A DNA stretch of 64,000 nucleotides from a virus (IMGVR_UViG_3300037067_004608:32001-96000), one strand, 5' to 3'; numbered from the stretch's first letter, positions 10,028 through 21,128 are shown. A program made the numbers and translations. Notes: a model not told the origin generated them from the sequence alone.

Positions 10028-10495
10028 CTAGATATGTGACCAGGTTTTCCGTCGGAGAAGATCAGAAACTGTTGTTTGCCCTACTCCATAATAGAGAGCC
10101 AATTCACTCTGAGTGAACCTCTGAGTAGCATATAGGTCTCTGATCATAAGAACATCGGACTCAGTCAACAGAGAATCAGGGTGCAACTCGCCTCTTACTT
10201 GACTTCCATTAACACCCCTATCAGCCATATTCTCTGTGTGGTCTCCAACTCTCAGATGATCAGGATTAACACAGATAGGATTGTCACCACCAGGACAACG
10301 ATGTAGGATATATAGACCAGTTGGAATAGTCCCTTTGTAGTGCTCATAAGACAGGCGATTAGCTCGGCAGTTCTTTCCATCATACCAAAACTGAGGGTAT
10401 CCAGAACCGCTTATTCCTGCTACCCAAATCCAGCAACCTGTCTCCTCATCCTCCTTGATCTTATCAAGGAATCTTTCCAGGGCCTTACTATCCAT
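10028..10495 (-). CDS. HNH homing endonuclease with C-terminal HTH
   Basis: CWIW.G...GY..F, HRC..DNPICVNPDHL...EN..D, then LTESDV..IR...SELA..YGV. Confidence 0.9.
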   Translation of the reverse strand: MDSKALERFLDKIKEDEETGCWIWVAGISGSGYPQFWYDGKNCRANRLSYEHYKGTIPTGLYILHRCPGGDNPICVNPDHLRVGDHTENMADRGVNGSQVRGELHPDSLLTESDVLMIRDLYATQRFTQSELALYYGVGQTTVSDLLRRKTWSHI

Positions 10496-10631
10496 AGTTC
10501 TTTATACTCCATACGTAACGATCAGCCTAGTAAATCTACTAGGTTTTTCTTGGTATTTAGCGTTTTTCAACCGATTAGTTGACTTATTTATACGGATTAG
10601 GAGGAATTATCCGACCGCTCGTATAAGAAGT

Positions 10632-11352
10632 TAGAGGAAGGCGCGAATAACCCGATAGGGAGTCAGGGAGTCTTAGGAATCCTCCCGCTACCCAGCCTTA
10701 GAGAACCTTTATAATAGAATCGGAACCGATACCAGCCTCCTATAAATAGCGGAACGGACTGGTCTAGGGCGCGTAAGTCGGAGAGAACCCTCTATACTCA
10801 GGAAGAGGCTAGAATCTCCGAGCTAAAGGTTAGTAAGCCCAGGGCGGGCGATAACGAACTATAGCCAAGCGTCGTAAGTCCTTAGTAGCGGCGGAGAGGT
10901 TTAACCCAGGGTTAGGGTAAACGATTAGAATAAAGTAGCGGTCAACTACGGAGTAAGCGTATATCGCGTTCAGGATTAAACTTGATCGGGATAGCCGAAT
11001 CGTAGAACCGAAAGTGCCGGAAGTGAGTATCTAGGGTGAGTACAGTCGGAGTTGAAAACTACGCGATGACCTTGAGATAGAGAGCGATATTAGTGAGTAA
11101 ACAAATGGACAAGCCGAAAGCTAAAGAAAACTGACTTGGAAAGGCTAGAAATGGGCTTCATGAGCGGCTATATAGATTGGAATTGATAAAGATACACTTT
11201 ATCACGTCGGACTGAAGGTCTACAGGAATAGAAGGTGGAGGTAGATTCTGAAGCTGGGTAGAAGGAATGTAGATGGAGGCGACGTTAAGAAGAAAAGAGA
11301 TGAGATCATCAGTGGAGGGTGGCGGTCGAGAAATTGGCTATCCTCCACTTTC
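10632..11352 (+). ncRNA. Candidate large (~720 nt) noncoding RNA or origin in the divergent region
   Basis: No ORF of 60 aa or more in any frame 10583-11371; CGTATA promoter-like motif at 10620; several stems and GAAA loops; terminator at 11311. Confidence 0.4.
11311..11352 (+). terminator. Intrinsic terminator
   Basis: AGTGGAGGGTGGC/GCTATCCTCCACT stem followed by TTT. Confidence 0.65.
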
Positions 11353-12893
11353 CATTATCAAAGAGTGAAATTCAAATATCAATTGAACAGAGGTGACTGA
11401 GGATGGCTAAGATTCCAATTGGAAAAGACGGCGAACCTATGAAGAAGAGAATCCCACCTTCAAAGAAGGTTTGCCCGTTCTCAAAGACACATCCTACAAC
11501 TGGAAGATTATTAGGAATGTGCCATGAAGCAGTTGTTATAGGAGTCCTAAACAAACTCGCAGAAGGCGAAACAGTTATGGATCTTATGAATAGAAAATCA
11601 AGAATAACCCTTGAGCTTGAGGAAAACTGCCCTATATTCCGAGAATGTAAGCTCGCAGCTAGAGTCGAATGCCAGATACGAGTAATCAAAGGAGATGATG
11701 GATCAATCCTTGAAAAGTATCCTATTCCTATTAAAAGGATAAGGACGCAAGATTCAATGACTGAAGAGGAAACTGAGCAGGCAATTAAGGCAAGAAGAAA
11801 TCTCAAGAAGAAGAGTCCTGGATTCATAGGTAAAGCAGCAAAGAGGAATAAGCTGCGAGGAACAAAGAAGCAATCATTTATAAAAGGCCAGGACGGAGAG
11901 AAACTTCTGATCAACTAGGAGGATATAATGGGAAAACCAGTTGGTTCAGTTAATTGTGAAGCAAAAGGTTGTGATCACGATTGGAATGACCTCGACTTCT
12001 GTAATACCTGTGGCGAGATAAGAAGGGATATACAACCAGGTGAGCGGGAGATCGAAGCCAAGTGTGCCAATAAGGATTGTGCTTATTGGGGAGAAAAGTA
12101 TGGAGATTGTGTACTGCTAAACGTAGCGGACAAATGTGGAGACTACAGAAAGAAGGAAGAATAAATGGAGAAATGGAAACTTATAAATCTTGAAAAGAGG
12201 TTTGACAGAGGAGGGCCTGAAGCCTTCAGCGCCTATGAAACTGGTCTTGTATTCCCAGCAGTAGTAGGAATGAGCTTTTCTACTGTGGAGCCAAGGACAA
12301 TAATACTCTTCCCAACAAGAGAAGATTATGAGTCCAACCCTGATCCGCGACACTATATCAATGTCTGCCAATCAGATGAATTTGGTCCAGTGGCTTTGCC
12401 AATAATCAGGCCTGGTAACATAGGAAGCGAACTTGAAATAGTGTTCATTGCTGATGAGCACTTCCCTGGCGGAGAAGGTGAATGGGAAGTAAAGTTCACC
12501 GAACCTAGCTTCAAATCATGGGAGAGCGAAGATGAGGATTGATATAAGCAAACTACCTGTCCAAGCTATAATGGACATTGAGGCATTCTGTGAAAATAAC
12601 AATCGAGAGCACCCAAGAACCACTCAAGAAACTCTTGAGTTCTTCCTCAATTGGAACGGAATATACGGATACACAGAGCGTATTCTTGAGCTAGTTGAGT
12701 GCATCAATAGACAAGAAGGGAAAATTGATGTAATCGGATATATCGATGAAAGCAAGACAAGAGTAAAGCTGCGAATTGATGGTAACAATCCTGGAACAGC
12801 TGAACACAGGATAGCAAAAGCAGAAGAATCTGTGCTCAATAGTATAGTTGAATATATAGAGTTTATGAAATCTCACTAGGAGGAGATATAATC

Positions 12894-13157
12894 ATGGCAA
12901 GAGAGAATAAAATTGTAAAGATAATCAGAGAGAAAGGGCCTATTGATACAATAACTCTTGCGGAAGCTCTAGCGAAAGTAAGCCCAAATAGTAGGCAAGC
13001 TAGAGAGTATCTTGAGTCTCTTAAAAGAGACTTGCCAATAAGTTCCAGATATAACACTTTCTGGTTAGAAAATCTCTATGCTCATCTGTCTCCTCTCAGA
13101 CAAAAAGGAATAATATCAAGGGAGAAGATTGGAAAAAGATGGGTGTATTCAGTATGA
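12894..13157 (+). CDS. Winged-helix DNA-binding protein
   Basis: IVKIIREKGPIDTITLAEAL...LSPLRQKGIISREKIGKRWVYS. Confidence 0.6.
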   Translation: MARENKIVKIIREKGPIDTITLAEALAKVSPNSRQAREYLESLKRDLPISSRYNTFWLENLYAHLSPLRQKGIISREKIGKRWVYSV

Positions 13158-14393
13158 CATACGCTAGATTTGTTATACTGTATGCATCTGGAACAAGATT
13201 CCCTGATACTCCTGCGAAGAGAGCACTTGTCGATGTAATTAAGCGAGAATTTGGGACGACTATTCCTGCCATTGTAGGAGTTAAATTGAAACAGATGAGG
13301 AGGAAAAAGAGGTGAGGAAACCAGAGAACCCTGTGTGTGACTTCTGTAGTTGCCCAACTACAGATGATAACATGACACGAACGCATCTGGCAAAGCCATT
13401 CCAGTTAACAATTATCGCCCAAGGCAAAATTGTTCCTATCAATTTTACAGAGGAATGGTTAGCCTGTCCATCATGCGATAAGATGATAAGGGAAGGCAAC
13501 AAAGAAGGGCTGCTTGAAAGAGCAAAACAGCCTGGTATTGATGTTACATCACTAACTCTAATCCATGGCTTATTCTGGAAGAACAAGAGGTGAGAAATGA
13601 GAGTAAATGTTGAACTGATAATGGAGATAGATGAAGCTCAATTAAGAGAACATCTTCTCATAACAAACGGCTCTGAGTATCCTGAAGGTCCACACGGATT
13701 CTCAGGAGCAGTTAGCGACTATATTTCTGGCTTAATCAAGACAAACTCTGAAGAGGATGGCTTCGGAGCACTTGTTCAAAGACCAGAAGCATTTGTAAGG
13801 GGGAAATGATGAAATTCATAATCGTCGAATATATTGGTGATTATCCGATTGATCATCAACCTTTCTGGAATACTCGATTCGATTCTCTCGATGATGCTAT
13901 ACCAATTGCTGCAAGTCTCTACAAGAGAAGGCTAACAGGAGAATGGGAAGATAAGATAGAAGCAAAACCAAAGAGTATTGCTGAATTCTTCGAGTCTGAA
14001 TACCACATAACTATACAGAGATCAAATCCTGATGATGAGGATGCCTACGATGATCCTCCAGTTTGGGGAATAGGACAAATACCTGAACTAAGTGATGCCT
14101 ATTCTGTCCGTCCTTGTCCTCCAGATGATATGATATCCGACCCTCTTGAGTGGCAAAAGAAGCGCGAAAGCACTAATATGCCATTGAATCTAAATGGCTT
14201 CAAGAGATTCTGGTCAACTGTGGCTGGTATAAGCAATCTTGACATTATCAATATAAATGGCTGCCCAGAGTTCAGTTCAATAACAATAAAGCTAACATCC
14301 AAGGTCGGCCTTGAACTGAAAGCCAAGCCTGTATCAGAGGACTACGCAGAAATATCATACGCATTTGTAGCTATTGAGTAAAGGGGGATACAG

Positions 14394-14654
14394 ATGTCGG
14401 TAAATGTAACAGAGGCAGTACACAAAGGTATTCTTGCTGTTAGAGATACTGGCAAGCACAACATGTTTGACTATCTAAAGGTTGCGAAAAAGGCATCAAG
14501 AATGGGATACCACGAAGCTGCTGTTTGGATAGTTGATAATCGCTCTGCCTACTGTAAAGGAATCCTAGAAGGATTTTCATCAGAAATGAAGGGAGGTGAA
14601 ACAAATGACGAAGACAGATCAGAAGCAGGGTCTTCAGAAGAAGTCTCAAAGTGA
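14394..14654 (+). CDS. DUF5049-like phage protein
   Basis: ILAVRDTGKHNMFD...A..MGYHEAAVWI.DNRSAY..GIL.G. Confidence 0.7.
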   Translation: MSVNVTEAVHKGILAVRDTGKHNMFDYLKVAKKASRMGYHEAAVWIVDNRSAYCKGILEGFSSEMKGGETNDEDRSEAGSSEEVSK

Positions 14655-16097
14655 AGCCAAGGCTCTAGCAGAGAACCTTGAAGTAACAGGAGATATTGCG
14701 GACGGAATCTTAACAGTCCGCATACCTCTCAATCTCTACAAGAACGACAGAGGCTCTGTTATTCTTGCCAGCGCATTCGGCGGATTCAAGAAGGTTGTCG
14801 GTGCTGTCCATGAAGACAAGGATGTCGTCCTCAGCTTTACAGCTGTTCAATCAAATAGATAAAGAGCTGGTTCATGGAAATCCCCTTTCGAGTGAGCCAA
14901 GCAACAGGGGCTGGCCATCACCGGCCCCTGGACTAGATTCATTTGGAGGAATCAAATGGGAGACAAAGTATTATTGGCAATTGGAACTATGTTATCAATA
15001 ATAGTTCTACTTTGCTTAGCAGGATTTGGAATAGTATCACTCATTAAGAAATGGAGCAAACGATGGAAGACATAAATGAATTCATCAAGAATCACTCTGT
15101 TATAAAGGCTATATGGCCAGATTTAACAGGAGTTGAACATTGCCCAGACCTTTATCCACTAGGTCATCTCTATGAGTTCTCACCAGGAAATGGAGTAGTA
15201 TATCGAATAACAGCTATGGCAATAAATGAGCTGGACTTCGGTATTCTTGGGAATATAGAGCCGGGATGGCTTATAGTTAATGGACAGACTGGTCGCGCCC
15301 ATCTTTTCTCAAACAAAGGTTTCCTAACTTCTGGATATGTAACAGAAAAGATGTATGAGAAAAGTAAAGATATTTCCATAGAAGAAATACAGTGTATCAC
15401 CGCGCTGATAGGTTTCGCAACAAAGAGAGAAACAACTGTTAAAGTTCTCCATTTAGGGGAATAGGGTTCATAGGTTTTCCGAAACCGTATGAACCATCGG
15501 GTTTCCGTTTCGTATGATCCGAGGAGGAATAATATGAAGTGCCCTAATTGCGATTCAGATGATGTTAGAGTAGAAGGATCAGGAAGATCGTGTCAAAACT
15601 GTTCTCACATATGGGAGAAAGAAGATGATGGTAAGAGGCCAACTGTGATACAAAGCAGGAGAGTCTTTTGTCCTAGAGGTTGTGGAGAGATGGACCCAAC
15701 AAGGAGAACATGTAGTGATTGCGGAGCGATGCTACAATGATAAGTGACTATTCAAAAGAGGCAGCAATAAATGTCAATGCAATTCTTAGAGATAAACAAG
15801 AAAAAGGAGAGCTTCAGAATCTATTTGACGAATTATTCAATAGATGGCCTGTAGCAGCTTCGTGTTTCACATTATCTCTAAATGATAGACTACACGAACT
15901 ATTTGATTCAAGTATAAATATACCAGAAGGACTTGTTACAGCAATCTCTTGTGAAGCTGCGACTCTATTCCTAATATCTGTGTCTATACTAGAAGATGAA
16001 TCAAAGTTTTCAATACCAGAGTGTATAAAGACAAAGATAACAGAAGCTCAAGTAGAGATTGCCAAAAAGAAAGATAAAACAAGAAAGGAGAAAGACA

Positions 16098-16691
16098 ATG
16101 GGCATACAAGGTGAAATACAAAATATAGAACACTCAATAGCAGAAGCGATGATAGAGCGTATGACAGATGTTCTTAATTGTCGCAGAGAAGAAGGAATAA
16201 TCAAAAGCTACACATTTGCTGGCTCTTATCGCAGAGGTGTCGAGACTGTAAATGATGTAGACATAATTATATTTACAGAGCAACCTGAGAGTGAATGGGA
16301 AGCAATATTAAGCAGCATCTGCTATAGCAAAGATGTTGTAGAAAGAATCCCATCAAAGGGACCAAAGAAGGCAACTGTAATACTAAAAACTGGAATACAA
16401 GTTGACCTTCTAATGGCAAAGCCAAGTGAAGAAGGTGCTATGCTACTATACTTCACCGGTTCTCCCTTCTTTAATATCGCGTTACGCGCGAAAGCAAAAA
16501 GAATGGGAATGAAGCTCAATGAAAGAGAACTCTGCTATGATGACGGAACTCCGATAGCAGTTAGAAATACTGAACGCGAGATTTTGAAATTGCTACATTT
16601 GGAGTATATCCCTGTGGAAGAACGATCCATTGATCACAGCGATTGGTCATCTGCAAATAAGCTATTCAAGAAGTATCGAATAGCAGAATGA
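16098..16691 (+). CDS. polX: Minimal X-family DNA polymerase (palm + thumb)
   Basis: AGSYRRG.ETVNDVDII, GIQVDL, LLYFTGS..FNIALRA.AK..GMKLNE, YIP.EER. Confidence 0.9.
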   Translation: MGIQGEIQNIEHSIAEAMIERMTDVLNCRREEGIIKSYTFAGSYRRGVETVNDVDIIIFTEQPESEWEAILSSICYSKDVVERIPSKGPKKATVILKTGIQVDLLMAKPSEEGAMLLYFTGSPFFNIALRAKAKRMGMKLNERELCYDDGTPIAVRNTEREILKLLHLEYIPVEERSIDHSDWSSANKLFKKYRIAE

Positions 16692-16702
16692 AAGGAGGAC
16701 AC

Positions 16703-16948
16703 ATGGAAGAACAGATTACAGATGTTAAAGGTATCCCTCGCATTTCTGTGGAATCAAGCAATATCAAAGAGATCGGGTATGACCAGGCCTCAAAGATATT
16801 GATGGTTAAGTTCCACAATGGTGGTCTCTATGCCTATGACGCCGTTCCAGCTGAGATGTTCGATGAGTTAAAATCAGCACCAAGCAAAGGCAAATTCTTC
16901 ATAGCAAATGTCAAAGGCAAATATTCTTTCCGAAAGGTTGGAGGATAG
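16703..16948 (+). CDS. KTSC domain protein
   Basis: VESSNIKEIGYD....L.V.F..G..Y.Y..VP.....L..APSKGKFF. Confidence 0.9.
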   Translation: MEEQITDVKGIPRISVESSNIKEIGYDQASKILMVKFHNGGLYAYDAVPAEMFDELKSAPSKGKFFIANVKGKYSFRKVGG

Positions 16949-17606
16949 TGCAAGAAACATTTCCATGTGGAATCCCTAAAGACCACCTTGACCGTCTCTA
17001 CACGAGAGTAGAGGCAGCAATAAAAGGGTCGATGACTGTGCTCTCAGACGAAGAAAAGAGAGCAATTATCAAGGAAGAAATGCTTGCTGATAGACTTCGT
17101 GAGCAGACACATCCGAATGTCTATAACTATCTAGTCTCAGAACTTCTGGACAGGACTTAAGAAAGGAGTGTTACTATGAGGTGAGTTTAGATGAAATCCT
17201 CAGTGAAGTTGAGGAGTCTAGCACAGGGCTTAGGTTGACACCTAAAATCTTCTCTCAGATAGAGCCTCTGTGGCCAAAAGGTAAAAATGGAAAACCAGTA
17301 GTGTCTGATGCTGTAAGATTTTCCATAGTAAGAAATGACCTTTTAGAGAAGATTGACCCTATTGGCTACGTCAATGTTGCCCCTGGCATTGGTAGCATAT
17401 ACTCTTCATGTCCAGGTTACTGGATTGTCTTATCTATGGACGGCCAATATTGGCGTCTAAAGATGGGAATGTCACGAGAAGAGTTCGAGCGAAACAGAAA
17501 AAGGATACCAGGATGGGATGGAATTAGACAACTTTTCCTATAATTCTGGTAAACTTATGTTTGTTTACGAACTATCTGGTGATAGACTTAAGCAGCGTAT
17601 ATAGCT

Positions 17607-17712
17607 TTGAAGCCATAGGGTGGGTCCCAGAGAATGGGACTTGCTGGAGATTAGGTTGTAGTTTCTCCGATAAACAAACTACCAAACATGTGCCTAAAAG
17701 GCACGGCTTCGA
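17607..17712 (+). promoter_or_regulatory. Structured 5' leader with possible pseudoknot
   Basis: Closing stem GAAGCC/GGCTTC; GTCCCA/TGGGAC; GGAGA/TCTCC crossing GTAGTTT/AAACTAC; GTGCCT/AGGCAC. Confidence 0.5.
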
Positions 17713-17739
17713 GAAAAACACACAAGGAGACACAGAACA

Positions 17740-18648
17740 ATGCAAGTAAGAATCGAAAACAACGAAGGGAACGAACTGTACAATGCTGGCTACGATCTTG
17801 TAGCAATGGCAACTGCGGTCGGCGTAACCGTCGATAAGAATGAGAACGTAACAAGTTCTCTCGCAGTTACTGTCGAGCCAAGAGAAGGAGAATCTGTCGC
17901 TGCGGCAAAACTGATCAACTATGGTCACGTTGCCCTCGGCAAGCAGGGAGTTACCTGCGACATCGACTTCGCAGACTTCCGAAAGCAGCTCAATGAGAAG
18001 CCAGGAGAGGTAAAAGGGCCGTGGATGTTCATCTTCCCCGACACCGACTCCGCTCTGTTCTTCATCTCGGTGATCCACCACACAGACCTGCTCAAGCAGC
18101 CGAAATGGCAGAATTGGGCTGTCGAGGGTGAGGCTGCCGAAGGTGTCGAGACGCACGACGCTGATCAGTTCACTCGACACTACTTCAACAAGATCGCTCG
18201 GAACTACCTTGCCCAACTGACAGGGACAAGCCCGGACAGCGAGGCATGCAAGATTCTCGAAGGAATCCGTCAGAGAGTCGGAAAGAACCTTGATATCATC
18301 AAGGCGTCCAGAACCCGCATTTCTGACGAGACAAAGCGAGAGCGCATGCTGTCGAAGGTCAAGGAAGAGGACAAGACTGCAGTGCCAGAGGCATATGCGA
18401 AACTTGAATCTGGAGAGATCGACCTCAAGGAGTTCCGCAACGCAGTCAAGGCCAAGAAGAAGGAGACTGCTGCTCAGGAACGAGCTGCCCGAAAGGCCGC
18501 AACTGGAAAGTCCTCAAAGGGCGCATCTGCTAAGCCAATGACAGAGGCTGATGCGGCTAAGGTCGCCAATGCTCAGGCAGAGATCGCAGCCAAGAAAGCG
18601 AAGGCCCAGGGAGAAGCTGCTCCTGCTGCTCCGGCCAGCGAGGAATAG
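17740..18648 (+). CDS. Unknown, probably abundant protein with Lys/Ala-rich tail; paralog of 3737-4417
   Basis: AAGGAG RBS; C-ending codon bias (TTC, AAC, GAC, ATC); tail ...RAARKAATGKSSKGASAK...AAKKAKA. Confidence 0.85.
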   Translation: MQVRIENNEGNELYNAGYDLVAMATAVGVTVDKNENVTSSLAVTVEPREGESVAAAKLINYGHVALGKQGVTCDIDFADFRKQLNEKPGEVKGPWMFIFPDTDSALFFISVIHHTDLLKQPKWQNWAVEGEAAEGVETHDADQFTRHYFNKIARNYLAQLTGTSPDSEACKILEGIRQRVGKNLDIIKASRTRISDETKRERMLSKVKEEDKTAVPEAYAKLESGEIDLKEFRNAVKAKKKETAAQERAARKAATGKSSKGASAKPMTEADAAKVANAQAEIAAKKAKAQGEAAPAAPASEE

Positions 18649-18677
18649 GCAAGCTCTAAAGCCTATCGGTAGTTTAT

Positions 18678-18718
18678 AAAGCCCTGCAGTCGGTGAATTC
18701 ACGCGAATGCAGGGCTTT
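18678..18718 (+). repeat. Palindromic element copy 4, embedded in a hairpin/terminator
   Basis: AAAGCCCTGCA-GTCG-GTGAATTCACGCGAA-TGCAGGGCTTT. Confidence 0.85.
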
Positions 18719-19103
18719 CATACGTTCGGACTAGTAAGAATACCTCTACTTAGGAAGAAGCTAGAAACAGGATAGCAAAATGGGGAAGCGTGCAGTATTT
18801 GTTGATAAACGAGATATGCCAAAGAAACTCTACCCACATCAATTCAAGGTAAAAGGCTCATTAACACGAGCATCTGATGCTGGTATTGTTCCAATGGATG
18901 TATTTGTGGAATTAACAAAAGCTGAAATAACCCTGGCTAATGCCGAAGCTAGATATGTTTCTCTGCTTCTTGCTAGCACAAGATCGGACGTATTGAATGA
19001 AATAACTGCCCACCTCAAATACACAAAAGAAATGGAAGAAAAGTCTGGTGCTATTATCAGACAACTAACCAAGTAACGAATACTCAGAAAGGAGCATTCA
19101 GAA

Positions 19104-20150
19104 ATGCAAGTTGAAGACATTATCCAGCGAATGCAGCGGGATAAGAGAAACTTCAGAAACCATGTCGTCAACTTCGCTGGTATAGAGTTCCGAAGAAGCA
19201 GCGGAGTTCCGCGAATCGAGTTCACTGAAAGGTTAGATGAGGAGGATATTAAAACAGCATATCTCCTCTCACCTGAAGCGTATGCAGGAATATGTGCTTA
19301 CGCCAATGAGGAGCTTAAAGCAGGACTAGTTTCTGCTATAGATGAGGATAGTATATCCGAACTCCTCGTCAACTCATTCTTAACTGGAGCAGAAGGTCAA
19401 ATCCAGATTATAACTGGAACCGACCCTGGCTCTGGTGGTCAGGTTATAACTTCTCTGGTAAGTCCAGATGTTGCAGTTATTCCTGACCTCGACGTTTACG
19501 ACTCACTTGTGAGCATAAGTGAGATAACAGGAGTTCGGCTCGATGATATGATCGAAGTATCAAATGGTCATATCATGAGATTCGTAACTGACAGCCAGGT
19601 TGATGTTCGACCAAGTGTTGGAGATGTAATCCAGTCAGGATTTGAGGTCTTCAACTCTCCTCGTGGACTATCACCTGGATATGTTGCGAGTTACATCAAG
19701 AGGTTGGCCTGTACAAATGGCATGACCAGGACTGAGACGAAGATCACAGCTAGGATGGTAACGAAAGATAGGAACACCATCCTTAATGCTCTTCGTGACG
19801 GAGCCATGGTAGCAGTAGGAAAGTTCGATGAGGATATTGTAAGAATAAATAATCTCATCGGACAGGAAGTTCCGAACCCAGAGGCCATGATACATAGTCT
19901 TGGTCAGGAGTTTGGGATACCTCAAAGAGATGTAACCGGAGCAATCGGCGCTCTCAACGAGGAGCCAGACATCAGAGAGTCAATGTGGGGAGTGCTAAAT
20001 GCATTCACACGTTGGGCAAACAACTCGGAGCTTCCATGGGATTCCAGATACAAGCTCCAAAGAACAGCGTTCGATATTGTGGAAAGAGACTACGAAAGAT
20101 GTGACAACTGTGGTTCTCTTCACCCTCGTGACGCTGCTCACTCTCACTAG
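19104..20150 (+). CDS. DUF932-family protein
   Basis: VGDVIQSGFEVFNS..G.....V..YIKRLACTNGM; SMWGVLNAFT. Confidence 0.75.
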   Translation: MQVEDIIQRMQRDKRNFRNHVVNFAGIEFRRSSGVPRIEFTERLDEEDIKTAYLLSPEAYAGICAYANEELKAGLVSAIDEDSISELLVNSFLTGAEGQIQIITGTDPGSGGQVITSLVSPDVAVIPDLDVYDSLVSISEITGVRLDDMIEVSNGHIMRFVTDSQVDVRPSVGDVIQSGFEVFNSPRGLSPGYVASYIKRLACTNGMTRTETKITARMVTKDRNTILNALRDGAMVAVGKFDEDIVRINNLIGQEVPNPEAMIHSLGQEFGIPQRDVTGAIGALNEEPDIRESMWGVLNAFTRWANNSELPWDSRYKLQRTAFDIVERDYERCDNCGSLHPRDAAHSH

Positions 20151-20187
20151 ATTTCTGGGCTCATAGAATCATCTGTGGGCCCAGAAA
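20151..20187 (+). terminator. Hairpin after the DUF932 gene
   Basis: TTTCTGGGCTCATAGA/TCTGTGGGCCCAGAAA. Confidence 0.55.
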
Positions 20188-20216
20188 GTTAACATAAATA
20201 CCATACAAAAAGGAGA

Positions 20217-21128
20217 ATGAATATGTGGTTATTGATTCTAGGGATTATCGCTCTGATCATATCTGTCATACTTTCAAATTATCCAGAAGGTGAAGACAGA
20301 TATGAGAAAGCAACTTCCGCTTCAGCAAGAAGAGCTGCCAAAATCATCAAAGGTTTTTCAATTGCTGCTATTGTAATTGGCATAATTATTATGTCAGTAA
20401 TTATAATACCAGCTGGTAACAGAGGAGTCCTTTTGAGATTTAGCGCTGTTCAAGGAACTATGACTGAGGGTATACACTTTGTTGTGCCATATGTTAATAG
20501 AGTTGTTGTTATGGAAGTAAGGACTCAGAAAGAATCAGCAAAAGCATCTGCTGCATCAAAAGATATGCAGATTGTATCTACTTCTGTAGCTCTAAACTTC
20601 CATGTTGATCCTTCAGCAGTTCAAAAGTTATACAGAGAAGTTGGCACAGAATACAAAGACAGAGTTATCGACCCTGCTGTACAAGAGTCAATGAAAATGG
20701 TAACTGCACAGTTCACAGCAGAGGAGTTGATAAAGCAAAGAGCAGCTGTTAAGACTGCCGTTGAAAACGATATCACAAAGCGTCTCAGAGCCTATCATCT
20801 CGTAGTTGAACCAGCAGGTCTGTCGATAACAGACTTTAACTTCTCTAATGAGTTCAACACTGCGATAGAATCAAAGCAAGTCGCACAGCAGGAGTCTGAG
20901 AAACAGAGGTATGTGCTATCAAAGGCAGAACTTGAAAGACAGACTGCAATAACAAAAGCAAGAGGAGCATCAGAGGCAGCTCGACTTAATGCCCAGGCTC
21001 TACAAGCAAATGGAGGCTCCAAAGTTCTTGCAAGGGAATGGATAGAGAAATGGGATGGTCACCTCCCGCAAGTCGCAGGAAGTGGTAACTATATCATTGA
21101 CTTAAAGTCAGTGATGAAAGACGAATAA
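20217..21128 (+). CDS. SPFH/prohibitin family membrane protein
   Basis: Two N-terminal TM helices; IPAGNRGVLLRF, EGIHFVVP, SKDMQ, FTAEELI..R, AIESKQVAQQ, WIEKWDG.LP. Confidence 0.9.
   Translation: MNMWLLILGIIALIISVILSNYPEGEDRYEKATSASARRAAKIIKGFSIAAIVIGIIIMSVIIIPAGNRGVLLRFSAVQGTMTEGIHFVVPYVNRVVVMEVRTQKESAKASAASKDMQIVSTSVALNFHVDPSAVQKLYREVGTEYKDRVIDPAVQESMKMVTAQFTAEELIKQRAAVKTAVENDITKRLRAYHLVVEPAGLSITDFNFSNEFNTAIESKQVAQQESEKQRYVLSKAELERQTAITKARGASEAARLNAQALQANGGSKVLAREWIEKWDGHLPQVAGSGNYIIDLKSVMKDE

Larger units (their letters stand above)
11403..16114 (+). other. Array of about 14 small hypothetical genes, several Cys-rich Zn-ribbon-like
   Basis: Coupled plus-strand ORFs with GGAG/AGGA RBS, e.g. 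11403-11918, 11928-12164, 12165-12542, 12532-12879, 13312-13593, 13597-13809, 13806-14381, 14605-14862, 15051-15464, 15737-16114. Confidence 0.7.
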
